Shown here: positions 42,258-57,309 of the stretch, in pieces
Layout: each line of letters begins with the position of its first letter
Numbering within the stretch: position 1 is the first letter of the stretch
Notes under the pieces: model-generated
The model's database searches: none
Seen by the model: the letters and a program-made list of their open reading frames with translations, nothing else
What the model was told of the DNA's origin: nothing
Made by a program: the position numbers and the translations under genes
Assembly (NCBI GenBank): GCA_012295275.1
Contig: CM022671.1
Location: forward strand, 7,502,001 to 7,566,000
DNA from: Chrysomallon squamiferum
Lineage: Eukaryota; Animalia; Mollusca
Reading direction: 5' to 3'
Length of the DNA stretch: 64,000 nucleotides

Positions 42258-43020
42258 AAGAAGAAGAAGAAGAAGAAGAAAGAAGAAGAAAAAGAAGAAG
42301 AAGAAGAAGAAGAAGAAGAAGAAGAAGAAGAAAATGAAGAAAAAGAAGAAGAAGAAGAAGAAGAAAATGAAGAAAAAGAAGAAGAAAATGTAACCAGAAA
42401 ACTCAATATGCTACATCTTGTTTGGTTTTTGTTTTACATTCTGTAAATATTCCATTAAACTTCACATAATGCAAACCTTTACTTTTTATCTCTTTCATGA
42501 TGCAGTTTATTAACGCTTTTTATGAAACGGTAAATCGACTCAATAATTTTTGTAAAGCCTTTTTTTTTCCCTTGAGGGCAGTTTGTAAATGAATTATATT
42601 AAAATAGCATTTCTTGAATAATCGACATTTTTTTCTCTGCAGTATCAAAACATATTGACCAATTTATTACATAAATTAATGAAACTTCGCCGAACCTTTT
42701 ATTTAACTGTGTGTATTTTACAAAATGATTTGTTCGAGGTTAACCAGAAAAAGAAGAACTTCTAGAATTATATTTTAGTGCTTCCAGCCAACGTAGCAGT
42801 TCAGTTTTCTTAAACACACTGAAGGAGATTTCATATTCGATTCCACCAATCATCTTTTTTTGGTTGACAGAAATGGCCTGTTTGGTGTGTGTGCGTATGT
42901 GTGCGTGTGTGTGTCGTCTCTGTGGCTAATGCTTTGTTACGTTAACACAGATAGGCTTTTATATTAAATGGATGTAAGGGACACGTATTTTGGTTTTATA
43001 ATTAGCGTAACTGTTTCTGT

Positions 43021-43162
<142 letters not shown>

Positions 43163-43782
43163 CTCTCTCTCTCTCTGTCTGTCTGTCTGTCTGTCTATCT
43201 GTCTCTTTCTATTCATCTCTAGCTCTCTCGTGGATCGACCTTTAGAATTCATGGTTGATGTTTACAAGAAAACACTGGTTACTGCGTAATCTAAGATGTC
43301 TGTTGACATATTGACAATTATGATGTAACATTTTATGAGTCGAAGTCTCTAATCTATCTTCGAAAATTGCTTCAACGAGAGATGTTACAAATATAAATAA
43401 TTCTGTGATTGCACAGTAATTTTGGGCGCAAGACTTTAAAACCCAAACATCACTCTACATCATCTGTACAGAATACAAATAGTTTATTTAAATGTTAATT
43501 TTTCAGTAATATTGGTTCATTTAAATACGCAGTAATAATTTGGCCTGTCCTGTATGTGATCAGAATTTAACATTAAATTCTAATGATGAAATAATAATAG
43601 CCACCGACAGCAATTTTCATTTTTTATTTTATTTTATTTTTTGCATTATTATTTAAATCAGTATTGATTCGGTTGAAGAGAGGATGGCATTCTCAACATA
43701 AAATTATTTATGACGTAAAAGGCCATTTAGTTGACAGTCTGTCGGATAAAACATCTTGTGAAATTCTTCAAGACATCTGGAT

Positions 43783-43996
<214 letters not shown>

Positions 43997-44168
43997 AAAA
44001 GAGACTGAGACAAAGAACAATGGAACGAGAATGGTGGATTGAAAAAACGATCGAAAGAGAGAAAATGAGGGAGAGCGAAAGACAGAAACTAAAAGAAAGA
44101 GACAGAAAGAAGGAGAGAGCGAGGGAAAGGTCGAAGTGAAAAGAATATCAGCTGGAAATGTTACTTAC

Positions 44169-44246
44169 ATATTGTGGTAACTGAATTGATAAAAATCAGT
44201 TTCAAGTTCTTTTGGTAAATATTTCAGTTTGTTGTTATCTAGCCAC
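44169..44246 (-). CDS. LRR exon 9: (L)WLDNNKLKYLPKELETDFYQFSYHNI
   Basis: 78 nt, phase 2-2, tttcag / GTAAGT; overlaps ORF 44165..44350. Confidence 0.88.
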
Positions 44247-44479
44247 CTGAAAGACAAAATTAATAATAAAATACATACATACACACATATATATGTGTAA
44301 TTATAACATTTTCCTCCTGAACGTGTAACAGAATTACTTGGCCAACACATGTATCAAACAATAACTGATAGTCTGGTTCATCCATCACAGTGTATTATTA
44401 TTATTGTTGTTGTTGTTGTTGTTATTATTATTATTGCGAGAGCGAGACAGGCAGATATTTATTTGTAGAAAGAAATAAA

Positions 44480-44960
44480 GATAGATAGACAGATATTATA
44501 TAGACAGATAGAGAGACAGAGAAACAGAAAGACAGACAGATAGATAGGTAGATAGACAGAGATAGACAGATAGACAGACAGATAGACAGACATACAGCTA
44601 GATAGACAGACAGATAGACAGACAGACAGACAGATAGACAGACATACAGCTAGATAGGCAGACAGATAGACAGACAGACAGACAGATAGACAGACATACA
44701 GCTAGATAGACAGATAGACAGACAGACAGACAGATAGACAGACAGACAGACAGATAGACAGACATACAGCTAGATAGGCAGACGGATGGGTAGGTACGTA
44801 GACAGATAAATAGACAGATAGATAGGTAGAAAAATAGACAGCTAGATAGGCAGACAGATAGGTAGGTACGTAGATAGATAAATAGACAGATAGATAGGTA
44901 GAAAAATAGACAGACAGTGATATAGATAGATATTTAGATATAGAAATACAGACATACAGA
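44480..44960. repeat. (GACA/GATA)n compound tetranucleotide array
   Basis: Seen directly, with a higher-order CATACAGCTAGATAG unit. Confidence 0.9.
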
Positions 44961-46170
44961 CACGCAGACACAGAGTCAGGAGTACTCGAGTGCTCCCATG
45001 CGCTGACATTATTTTCCTGTTTCTTGTTCCCCTTTTCCTCATTACTCGCTGACTTTGTAATTTTTAGCAACGTCTTCCCTTGAGAAAAGTTTTCCTGAAC
45101 TTAGGCACTAGAATGATTGATGGTCAGAGCCAACAGAATCAGACACGATTACTTTCGTAGAAAAAACACAAAGCCGTATTCATTTTAAAACATAAAATGA
45201 TGGGTGAAAAAATTTTATAAACACAAAGTCATTTTCATTTTAGACACAAAACGAAGGGGATAAAAAATGTCACATAAGTCCTTTTTATTTTGCACCTGAA
45301 ATGAAGATGGGGGGGGGTTGGAAATATCAGATGTGATAACTTTCCAAGACAAAATAAATCTTATTCTTTTCTGACAAAAAATAATTGGGAAATAAGACTC
45401 GATGTTTTTGAAAGAAAAAAAAAAAAAGAACATTTTCATTTCTTGCATAAAATAAAGTAGAAAAATCAATTGAAGTTGAGATGGAAAGGGAGAAAACGTT
45501 GCTTGTAAAATGAATTCAGCACAGAAATTATTCCAGCTTGCAGCTGAATCAATATACAGACAGTGTGTTTCAGTATGTTGTCAAATTTGCTCAGATTAAT
45601 GGCTGATAAAGAACATATTTGACCTTAGGATTTCCTTATCTGATTCATCCTTCAGCAGACACGTAAAATTAACCAGTATCTGTCTCTCTGTAATCAAAAT
45701 GAAGGAATAATCTTTAACGACTCGCAAAGAAAATACAGACTGTTAAATTTCAACCCAGTACAAATTTCGTTGGCCTTCGGGTTTCATCGAACGTTCGGGC
45801 TGTATGTGAAAAAACGAGCAACATATTAGAAAAAGGACCAAAAAAATTTGCTTTACTTTACTCGTCATTCTCAAAATAATCCTAATCAATTAGAATCGTT
45901 AGCAGAAAATTCTCCTGATTACGGAATATTTCCTGAAGGAAGGCGGGGGTGTGAAAGGCTAGCTTCACTCACTAAGCGAATTTCCTTTACTTCTAAGTCC
46001 ATCGTTTCCTTCTTTGGCTCTTTTTTTTTTTTTTTTTTTACTTCTTCCTTACTGTCTTTATATTATTTTTATTATTATTATTTTTTTTAACTTATCAAGA
46101 ATTTTAAAAATAGAATCAGTACTGAATTGATTGTCAGTCTTGATAGTACCTGCGGTTTAATAATTTTTCT

Positions 46171-46201
<31 letters not shown>

Positions 46202-47239
46202 CAGTAGGCAAAGAAATGAAATTTTAAAAAGAGCTCATTTCATTTATCTACCCTCTCTTCTACAGGAATATTTAGATGGATGCTGGGGACACAATGGGCC
46301 CCGTTGTAGCCGCTGTTGACACTTTTGACGGTGTTGTAATAGCTGCCCCTCTCAAAAAGTATGGGTACATTATATATATGTGTGTTTTGAATGATTGGTA
46401 CATTCATAGCTTTTTGTTTTTAATCACTAATTTTGATGTTCGTACTGTGCGATGTAACTGGTATGGGAAATACAAATGACTATATTAAGTTACACTACAT
46501 ACAAAGTAATTGGCAAAAACACAATCATCTCACGTAACACACAATATAATGGACAGAAACACATAATTATCTCAGATGACACGCCAACAATGATGATACA
46601 CTTTAACGAAATGAAATCGTGCAGAATTAAGATCTGATAAGAGGTGTAATGGAATAATTATTTCACGCTGGGTCTCACACAAGGAAGTGGAAATATCAGT
46701 CACGTGATTTGGACTCAGCCTGTTGAGGCGTGAGCTCTTTGAAGAACACATTTACCGACTCTAACGCGAAAGAGCTGAAAACGAACGCTGTAGAAAGACG
46801 GTGATTACTAACCGTTCTCCTGTGATTTCTAGAGGGAGATTTCGTTTTTAGCTACAGACATAGCAAGACGTCTGCCAGGATTAATCCATAATGCGGATTT
46901 AAAACTCTCTGATACCGGCTTAAACCTCTCAATGATCTAATTTCTAACACAGATGTCGCTGTTTTTTTACCCCCTTAATTCGCGAACTTTTAATCATTTT
47001 TGAAATACCATTGAGACAGTCAGTGTCATCGACAACGTCATATGCAGCATTTTCGATAACAACAGCTACTAAAACCGGTACCATTAATGCTGTTGCTATG
47101 ATTATTACTCCAAATACAGTTTTCTTTTCTACTGCTACGTCTGCTATTATCACTACTGTTACTACTACGACTACGTCTACTACTCCTGCTATCAATACTA
47201 CTTCTACTGCTACTACTACCTTCAATGCTGCTGCTCTAT

Positions 47240-48160
47240 TTTTGCTACTTTTACTACCCTACAAGTCAGCTACTACAACCACCCCACTATTATTACAGCT
47301 ACTACAACCACCCCACTATTATTACAGCTACTACAACCACCCCACTATTATTACAGCTACTACAACCACCCCACTATTATTACAGCTACTGCAACCACCC
47401 CACTATTATTACAGCTTCTAGTAATATTATTACCTCCTTTATTAATTCTGCTAATACTACTACCAGCATTCTATTACTATTACTACTACTATGACTACTA
47501 TCGCTATTGCACTACTATCACTACTACTACTACTATTACTGCTACAACTGCTATACTATTATTACTACTACTACTACAATGACTACTATCGCTATTGCAC
47601 TACTATCACTACTACTACTACTATGACTACTATCGCTATTGCACTACTATCACTACTACTACTACTATTACTGCTACAACTGCTATACTATTATCACTAC
47701 TACTACTACAATGACTACTATCGCTATTGCACTACTATCACTACTACTACTACTACTACTACTGCTACAACTGCTATACTATTATGACTACAACTGCGAC
47801 TACTATCGCTATTGCACTACTATCACTACTACTACTACTATTACTGCTACAACTGCTATACTATTATCACTACTACTACTACTATGACTACTATCTCTAT
47901 TGCAACTACTATCACTACTACTACTACTATTACTGCTACAACTGCTATACTATTATCACTACTACTACTACTATGACTACTATCTCTATTGCAACTACTA
48001 TCACTACTACTACTTTTATTACTACTATAACTGCTATACTATTATCACTACTACTACTATGACTACTATCGCTATTGCACTACTGTCACTACTACTACTA
48101 CTATTACTGCTACAACTGCTGCTACTGTTATCACTAGTACTACTATTACTAATGTTATCT
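47240..48160. repeat. ACT-derived minisatellites: 29-bp unit (47266-47420), then compound units containing ATGACTACTATCGCTATTGCACTACTATCACT
   Basis: Seen directly. Confidence 0.9.
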
Positions 48161-48228
48161 CTAAAACTATTACAAGTACACTGTATTAAACTGACAATGT
48201 CTACTTCTGTTTATTTATCAGTACTTAC

Positions 48229-48300
48229 AGTTCTTCAAGATATTCCAGTCCTCCCAAAGATTTAGGATGCAACGAGGAGATCAGATTGTGAGAGAGATAG
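48229..48300 (-). CDS. LRR exon 8: (L)YLSHNLISSLHPKSLGGLEYLEEL
   Basis: 72 nt, phase 2-2, tttcag / GTAAGT; canonical LRR. Confidence 0.92.
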
Positions 48301-48397
48301 CTGAAATATAATCATAATCATAATCGAAATTTAAAATGTCATATTATCACCTATGTAACGAGTACTTATTTCTTTATTTCTTTCTTTATTTATTTCT

Positions 48398-48494
<97 letters not shown>

Positions 48495-48928
48495 TTTTAT
48501 ATTATTTTTCTTTCTTTCTTTATTTATTTAATTATTTTTATTATTTATTTATTCATTTATTTATTTATTTATTTTATTTCATTTTTTATTTTTTTTTATT
48601 TAGTGGTTTATTTACTTATTTATTTAATATATGATTGTTGTCGTTGTGACCAAAAATAAATATTCGTATCATTATCATTAAAAACAAACACTATTTATAC
48701 TCGGTTGTTCATTTTACCTTCTGAAAATATCAATATCATGCACTGAAATTTCTTTCACTACCATTACAAACGTCTTTTGTTCATTATTATCATTACAACG
48801 TAACTGCTGAGGTAAAAATAGCATTTCTTGACCCAGTTCCGAACTAGAATTCAACGACAATAATTGGTGTTGATGATGCCGTGGTCATTACAACGGCGAC
48901 TACAACGTTCAATAAACGTAATACTCAC

Positions 48929-48997
48929 AGAAATTTTACTGGTGTCAGACTTGAAAGCTGAGCTGGCACTGATGTGATTCTGTTACCAGCAAGTGTC
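48929..48997 (-). CDS. LRR exon 7: (L)TLAGNRITSVPAQLSSLTPVKFL
   Basis: 69 nt, phase 2-2, cacag / GTGAGT; 23-aa LRR. Confidence 0.9.
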
Positions 48998-49045
48998 CTG
49001 TGTAAAATAAAATAAAATAATATAAAATAAATAAATAAAATAAAA

Positions 49046-49104
<59 letters not shown>

Positions 49105-49454
49105 AAATCAAAATCAATAAATCAATAAATAAATAAACAAACAAATAAACAAATAAATAAAAAATAATAAATCAATAATGATTAATTAATTAAATTAAAA
49201 AATCAGTTAAATACAAAATTAAAATGACTATAATTAAAAAAATGTTTAGAGATTAAGACGGTATTATACGTAACACGAAGTTCAGCTCATTTTAACATTA
49301 ACAGTTATTAGAAGTTAAGTTCATAATAATAACGTGACAAATATACTCTCTGGTACTGACTCATGCTCTAACCCTATTAGTGTAAAGACGGCTTTTGTTT
49401 TCATTTTGTAATGTACAGGACGGAATATTTAACTGTTATTTAATTAATACTCAC

Positions 49455-49526
49455 AGAGCTTGCAGACGAACTAAATTTTTAAATGCCGTGACTGGGATGT
49501 CCGTAATTCTGTTGTTTTCTAGATAT
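49455..49526 (-). CDS. LRR exon 6: (L)YLENNRITDIPVTAFKNLVRLQAL
   Basis: 72 nt, phase 2-2, tttcag / GTGAGT; canonical LRR. Confidence 0.92.
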
Positions 49527-49870
49527 CTGAAATAAATAAATAATTAAATAAATACACAATAAATAAATAAATACAAGTTGTAAAGAAGGAGTGAAAAAGT
49601 TATAACGAACGAATGAATGAACAAACGATCGAATGAATGAATGAACGAATTAACGAATGAAAGAGTACACGAATTAACGACTGAACGAACGGATGAATGA
49701 AAAAACGAACGAACGAACGAATGAATGAACGAACGAATAAATGAATAAACGAACGAATGACTAATGAACAAGTTAATGAATGAATGAATGGTTAATGGCT
49801 GAATATGTAACTCAGTGATACGAGTATTTGTGTCAGTCAATGAATGAATATAAACACTTAGAAGACGTAC

Positions 49871-49942
49871 AAATACTGTAGTTTGTTTAGGCTGCGGAAA
49901 GACAAAGGGTTAATCGTTGAAATGTTGCAGTGGTTCAGTGTC
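49871..49942 (-). CDS. LRR exon 5: (L)TLNHCNISTINPLSFRSLNKLQYL
   Basis: 72 nt, phase 2-2, ttttcag / GTACGT; LRR with Cys at the ladder position. Confidence 0.9.
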
Positions 49943-50326
49943 CTGAAAAAAACCCAAACAAAATAAATGTCAATATAAAAAAAACGATAACAAACATAGA
50001 GACAGCCATACAGATAAACAAACAAGCAAGCAAATATATATATATATAAAAAAAAACCGAAACAAACGAATGAAGTAATGAATATAAATATAAATATAAA
50101 TAAATATGAATATGAATATAAATATAAATAAAAAAAATAAATAAATAAATAAATAAAAAAAAAAAAAAAAAAAAAAAAAGAACCCAGAAGACAGGCTATT
50201 TCTTTTGTTTTTCTTTCTTTTTAAAAATGTATTTAAACAGTAAAAACAGTATAAATAATACTTGTTAGTTTATGTATATGTATATATAAAGAACTGGGCA
50301 AGCTGACAAAATTAAATAACACTTAC

Positions 50327-50404
50327 AGCGTCACAACGGAACTTAGTCCTAGAAATGGTTCTGATTTCAGAAGTTGTTCAGACAGGTCGGTATAAGAGAG
50401 ATTT
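50327..50404 (-). CDS. LRR exon 4: (L)NLSYTDLSEQLLKSEPFLGLSSVVTL
   Basis: 78 nt, phase 2-2, ttgcag / GTAAGT; 26-aa variant LRR with T in place of the ladder Asn. Confidence 0.85.
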
Positions 50405-50605
50405 CTGCAAATATATAAAACGTGTTCAAAGAGGAAAATATATTTTTTTCTTTTTCTGCTTCTTCTTCTTCTTCTTCTTTTCTTATTGCTTTATCTCAAA
50501 ATCACATAGTGATATTACTTTATTAAAATGACGAATCTCGCAAGTTGTATTCTTTAAGACATTTAGAGAATCGACGAATACCGGAAATGACGTCACAAAA
50601 CTTAC

Positions 50606-50677
50606 AGCAGTCTGAGTTTCGGTAGATCTCGGAAAGCGTCGTCTTCGATGAAAGAAATTTTGTTTCTGGATAGATAC
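50606..50677 (-). CDS. LRR exon 3: (L)YLSRNKISFIEDDAFRDLPKLRLL
   Basis: 72 nt, phase 2-2, ttgtag / GTAAGT; canonical 24-aa LRR. Confidence 0.92.
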
Positions 50678-50752
50678 CTACAAAATAAAAACATTGTTAC
50701 ATCATTTTGACAGCAATAACAATATTACTGCTGCTGCTACTACTACTACTAT

Positions 50753-50786
<34 letters not shown>

Positions 50787-50929
50787 ACTATTACTATTAC
50801 AACTACTGCTGCTACTACTCTACTGCTACTACTGCTACAACTTCTACTATAACTTCTACTACTACTATTAATACTATTACTGCTATTACTACTACTTATA
50901 TCATTACTACTGCAATTACTACTATAAAT

Positions 50930-51280
50930 AAATCACTATTGCTGCTACTGCTGATACTTCTACCTCTACTATCACTACTTCTACCTCTACTATCACTACT
51001 ACTACCTCTACTATCACTACTACTACTGCTACTATCACTACTACTACCTCTACTATCACTACTACTGCCTCTACTATCACTACTACTACTGCTACTATCA
51101 CTACTTCTACTGCTACTATCACTACTACTACCTCTACTATCACTACTACTACTGCTACTATCACTACTACTACTGCTACTATCACTACTACTGCCTCTAC
51201 TATCACTACTACTACCTCTACTATCACTACTTCTACCTCTACTATCACTGCAACTATTGCTACTATCACTACTACTACTA
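50930..51280. repeat. 21-bp minisatellite (CTACTATCACTACTACTACCT)
   Basis: About 15 units; source of the SSSDSRG-repeat ORF. Confidence 0.9.
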
Positions 51281-51783
51281 TTACTACTGCTATTACTTTT
51301 GCAGATGTTACTGCTGCTGATATTAGTACTACTACTACTACTACTATTTGCTATGAAGTACACTCGCAGGTCACCACGCCTACATACTAAACATCACGTT
51401 CAAAGTAAATGACAGTGGAAAACTTTTAATGATTCTGCCCTCGAACCGAGATGGATAACAGTGCAAACCTAATTAATCGCACTTTAGTGATTCTGATATA
51501 ACCAGTTAATTTTCGTTGTTTTTTCTTTTTCTCTTTCTTCTAAAGTGTGGGCGACATTTCTTTTCAGTATATATTTCATTTTTATTATTTTATTTTTTTA
51601 TTATTATTATTTTTTTTTATTATTGCTAAATTGAAATTTTTCCTTGGTATTTTGAAGGTTCAATGGGCTTCGATAATTTTGCTTTCAATTGTTTCAGGCT
51701 TCAGTTGAAGGAGAAAATTTCGAATTTCATGATCAGTGTGGGCTTCTTGCCCTTTATTCCTCTACAACTACTATTACTCCCAT

Positions 51784-51833
<50 letters not shown>

Positions 51834-52508
51834 TACTCTTTTACTACCACTAAAACTATCATAACTATTGCTACCACAGTCATTACCCCTACTGCGTTTA
51901 CTACTATTACTATTGCTGCCTCTGCTGCTGCTACAACTATTGCTACAACTACTGCTCCTACTACTACTAAAACTATCACCACTATTATCCAACTGCGTTT
52001 TCTACTATTACAACTGCTGCTGCTAGTACTATTACGACACCACCACCACCACCACCACCACCACTATTACCACTACTGCTGCTAATACTACTACCACTAC
52101 TAGTAACATTAATGATAACACTGCCGTAATACATACTGATACTGAAGTAGGCTGAAGGATTAAAAATAATAATAATAAATAAATAAATAAACAAAGAAAA
52201 AAATAATAAATACACAAAGAAACACATAAATAAATAAATAAATCCACATACACATAAATAAATAAATAAATAAATAAATAAATACACAAACACATAAATA
52301 AATAAATTAATTAATTAGTCATTTATACGTACGTGTATTTTTATTACAACTGCTTCTAAAGTAACACATGCAGAATTTATTTCGACTCGCAGAGCCAAGC
52401 GATATAAACAATAAAACAAACGTAAAAACACCATCAACACATCTGAATGCCATGTTAGCCGTAAACTAAAAACACAAAAATAAAATTTAATTAATTCAAC
52501 AAAAAACG

Positions 52509-52566
<58 letters not shown>

Positions 52567-53050
52567 GACAAAAGAGAATGGAAAAAACGAATCCTGTAAA
52601 ACGACAGTTTTAAAATATCACGCAGTAAAGTGATTTTCACTTTGACGTGCTTAACGGTATTTTATATGGACCTTTGTCTGACATTAAGCGCAGTTTTGTA
52701 ATAAAAACTGAATTCACAACAACGATATTTTGTATCAGTTGCAGTTAAATCAGGAAAACGACAGGAAACAAAGTATTGAAACTAAAGGAAACCATGTACC
52801 GGATGGGGAGAACACATACATTTCTTTTTCATTTTAAATTCTGATTAATAAGTCAGGGTAACACGATCTCGCTACATTTTTTTTTTCCTCTTTTCTTTCT
52901 TTTTTTTTTTTTTTTTCAGGTATTTTTCTTTCTTTCTTTCTTTCTTTTTTCCTTACTTATTTATTTCAAGTTATTTTCATTTTAACTTTTAAAATATTTT
53001 TTCATTCTTTATTTTGTGTACGTGTAACTTGTTTATTTCTAGTAATAGTA

Positions 53051-53369
53051 CAGGTACCGGACCAATTATCCAGACTCCTTGATTTTCCGATTTTCTGGTA
53101 CCAAAGCATCTAAATAAGTAAATAATTAGGCATAAAGTGATAAATATTTTAAAATTACCAACAAAGAAAAGTGACGATACACAACTGTGGCGACTCGACA
53201 CGTAAACAATGCAGCGAGTGAATGAACGCCACGCGGCTTGAAAGAGTAGCTCCGGTCTGGTGAGGACAACACCCGCGCGAGCGATCTATGAAAATAGCGT
53301 CGGGAAAAAAACTTTAGGTTTTCTGGTCTTTCCAGATTTCAAGACGCCGGATAATTGGTCCGGTATATT
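53051..53369. mobile_element. MITE-like element of about 320 bp
   Basis: Perfect 17-bp inverted repeat TACCGGACCAATTATCC (53055-53071) / GGATAATTGGTCCGGTA (53349-53365); TA|CAG left end; non-coding interior. Confidence 0.75.
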
Positions 53370-53444
53370 TAGTATATTTTAACTAGATTTATAATATCAA
53401 GTTTATCTCTCTGTTTTTAATAATAACCTTTTTATTTCATATCA

Positions 53445-53535
<91 letters not shown>

Positions 53536-53776
53536 ACACAAAAGAAACAAACATATCATTTTTCCAATTTGTTTTTAATCATTTTAAAAAATAATCAGAA
53601 GTTTCGAAAGAAAATTAATAGGAACGCTGAAATAATTTGTTTTGTCAGTAAGTTATCTGTGTTTCCTGTCATCATTAAAAAAGTGAAAAAAAAGTAAACA
53701 TCTGTATTCAACAACATCATCAACAACAACAACAAAGTAATAATAATAATAATAACAATAATAACAATAATAACAA

Positions 53777-53807
<31 letters not shown>

Positions 53808-55202
53808 AAGAAGAAGAAGAAGAAGAAGAAGAAGAAGAAAAAGAAGAAGAAAACGTTAAAATCCACTACAAAGTCAGTTAATGTTTCAAAGACACCAAAT
53901 TATAATTTGTGTTTTTCAAATAGTGATCACCTTTCTGCGTCGTTTTTTTCTTTCATTTTTGTTCTGTTTTGTTTTGTTTTTATTGTTCGTTTTTCTTTTG
54001 TTTTGTGGGTTTTCTTGTACATTATTTTCATATGTATCTATTTCGTTGATCAAGTTTCATCCTGTGAAACCTTTAAGTAGTAAAAAAAGTGAAGGGAAAA
54101 AAATTAGGAAATTTAATAATGTCACAGGAAACCTTTAACTTAAAAAACTGGTGTAATATTTTGTTTTCGAAATGGATAATGAAAAAAAAATAAAATAAAA
54201 AAAAGAAGAAGAAGAAAAAAGGCAGTTGTTATTGGAATTGAAAACATTAATATGTCATTGTTTTCATACGTCTTATTTCTCTCTCTCTCTGCGTGACCTT
54301 TTTGTCTCTGTCATTCACGAATTATACCAAGTCAGAGAAAGAAAGACAGAAAGATGGATGAATGAGAGTGGGCAGATAGAGAGAAGAATGGACTGATCTG
54401 TTTAGGCTAGATGACTAGATATTTGGAGAGATTAATGAAAGGATAGAAAGACAAGCAGGCATAATTTCACTATATTCATTTATTAATACGTACAGACATA
54501 TACACACACAAACACGCCTGTATACACACACACACACGATCATAAACCACACACATATATATGCATACAAGTAAACGTTCATACATACATAATACATATA
54601 TATATATACACACACACACACACATACATACATACAAATATATATACATATATATATACATACACACACACATACATACATACATATCTACACTCACATA
54701 CATATACTCACATTCATGCCTGCATACGTGCATATTAGTGCATATACACGTGCCTGTATGTAAGAATGTTTATGTGCGTGTCTTTGAGTGTTTGTTAGAG
54801 TGATGGCAAAAACAAGCTAAATTTCAAATTATCGTCATCAAACATGATTCATCTGAATAACCGAAGCCTTCTCGCACTAACGAAGAAAAGAAAAAAAAAA
54901 CGCTTATTGATGGCGAAACAAACTCTCTGAATGCATCAACCGAGTCCACGGAGCTCAAAATCTGATGCAAATTAAGTCCAATAAATCTCGTTGTAAGCAA
55001 TTCGTTGTAAGAATAAATCTTTTCTTTCGACTGTCAATTAGCCGCGGCGAGTACAACACATCAGTTCTGAATGAGTTTTGATCCTTTTGTCGCTGAAAGA
55101 AAACATTATCTGCATTTGTTCTCTAATCCTTCTGGGAGTGGTGTTTGTGTCGAGTTTATTCAAATGTAAATTGTTTTTGATGTACAAGCTTCTTGTAGTA
55201 TT

Positions 55203-55243
<41 letters not shown>

Positions 55244-56524
55244 GTTTCTCTTAATCTGTTCCTGAATAGTACAGGTAATGTTAGTAGACGTATAACGATT
55301 GGTTTTTAGCGAATGATTAAATGTTTTCAGATGTAAATTGTTTTTTTGACAAATACAGCTTCTTGTAGTACTTGATTTTTTTTTTGATTTTTTTTTCGGA
55401 AACTGTCCCTGATATAGGAAATGTTGGTAAAGTACAAAAAACTGGGTTTTTTTTACGAATGATAAGCTGTCTTCGTTATGTACACCATAACATCATGGTG
55501 TTAATGAACTGAACACGCACACGATAAACTTGATGAAGCTAGAACGAATCACATTCTAAATATTCTCTATATTTTTGTCCTTGTTTTCCTGTGGTTGTAT
55601 TGTTTGTTGTTTATTGTTGTTGTCTTTGTCGTTGTTTTTATTAAAATAGTTTATTTGTTTGTTAAATACATATAGTTAGATCTTTATTGTTATCAGTATT
55701 AAATAGCAGTGAAAATGGATATACGATATTTGCAAGAATCAAAAGAAAACAACAACAACAACAAAATGAAAAATGATCATTATTACACTTGTGATATAAA
55801 CTATTTCTATTATTTCTTACACGACGGCAAATTCAAGCAACAGCAACAACTACTACTGACACCCATCTTTCAGACAACTGTACCATAAAATCATCTCAAA
55901 AATACTAGTCAAGTTTAACAGACAGTGCTCAATGTCGCCGTGGGCACGTGCCCTACTTGCCACACTTTAACCACGCCTGTAACTACTACAACATATTACT
56001 GCTACCAAGTACTACCACCATAACAACATCAACTATTACTAATATTACTACCGCTGTTACTACTACTATTACTATTACTACTATACTACTATTAATAAGC
56101 TATTTCAACTTCCACTTTCATCCATTTTTACCACTACTTCTACTAACATTACTAAAACTACTTCCATTGCTACAGTTTTGATAGTAACAGATGCTACTGC
56201 GGTCTTGCTGCGGTTATATTCAGTTTGCACAACAGTGAAATGTTATCCTTGAATGTTTTCTGTATTATTCAATTCGCAGTTGTAACAGAAATAAGTGTAG
56301 TTTTTAATATCAGGGGTACGTAAACGGTCATTGCATTGTAGTATATTTAAAATACGATTTGGGCATTGAGCGAACACACACGAAGTAGAATATGAAGGGT
56401 GGGAAGTCAGGTTCGGCGAATCTCAATTTTTTAAAGTGCTTTCACTTAGACCCTAAGCAAAGTAACGTATACTAAAGGCGCGTACATACTAGGTTTCTCC
56501 GTTTACCAACAGCGTTTTACTTAC

Positions 56525-56596
56525 AAGTACTCCAACTGCTTCACGGACGACAGCCATTTCCGTCGAACTGTTGTCAGGTTATTTCCGTCAAGATAA
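56525..56596 (-). CDS. LRR exon 2: (L)YLDGNNLTTVRRKWLSSVKQLEYL
   Basis: 72 nt, phase 2-2, ttttcag / GTAAGT; LRR consensus. Confidence 0.9.
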
Positions 56597-56782
56597 CTGA
56601 AAAAAAGAGAAGAAAGAAATATATAAAAAAAAATATGCTACAGAGTAAAGATGACTATAGCCAGTGGCGGAACTAAACAGTAGAGGAAATAATACGTCTG
56701 AGAAATCTTGAATTCAGCTTATCTTTGACAAGGTATTAAACAGATACTACTACTACTAATAATAATAATAATAATAATAATA

Positions 56783-56813
<31 letters not shown>

Positions 56814-57247
56814 CGATGAAGGAAGAAGAAGAGAAGAAGAACGACAACAACGACAATAATAACAATAAGAATATTATTATTATTACTAATAAAATTTACA
56901 GTCAAAAGGGATTTTGCGATTTTAAAAGAAGTTCAAATAACTGTGAGAAATAGTTTAAAACTATTTATATGTTCACAACATTTATATTAAAAAGCAAAAC
57001 TGTTCCTTTATCCAACCAAATACATTTTTTCAAAATGTAAATTAGCACTGAGAGATTTTTTTCATCATTAGTATTATTATTATTGTTGTTGTTGTTGTTT
57101 TTGTTGATGTTGTTACTGTTGTTGTTGCGGTTACTGTGGTTGTTGTTGTTTTAATAATATTATTATTATCATTATTGTAACAGTAGCTGTTGTTATTATT
57201 ATTATTAAATAACTATAAGTAAAAAAACCCTACTATACATATGTACA

Positions 57248-57309
<62 letters not shown>

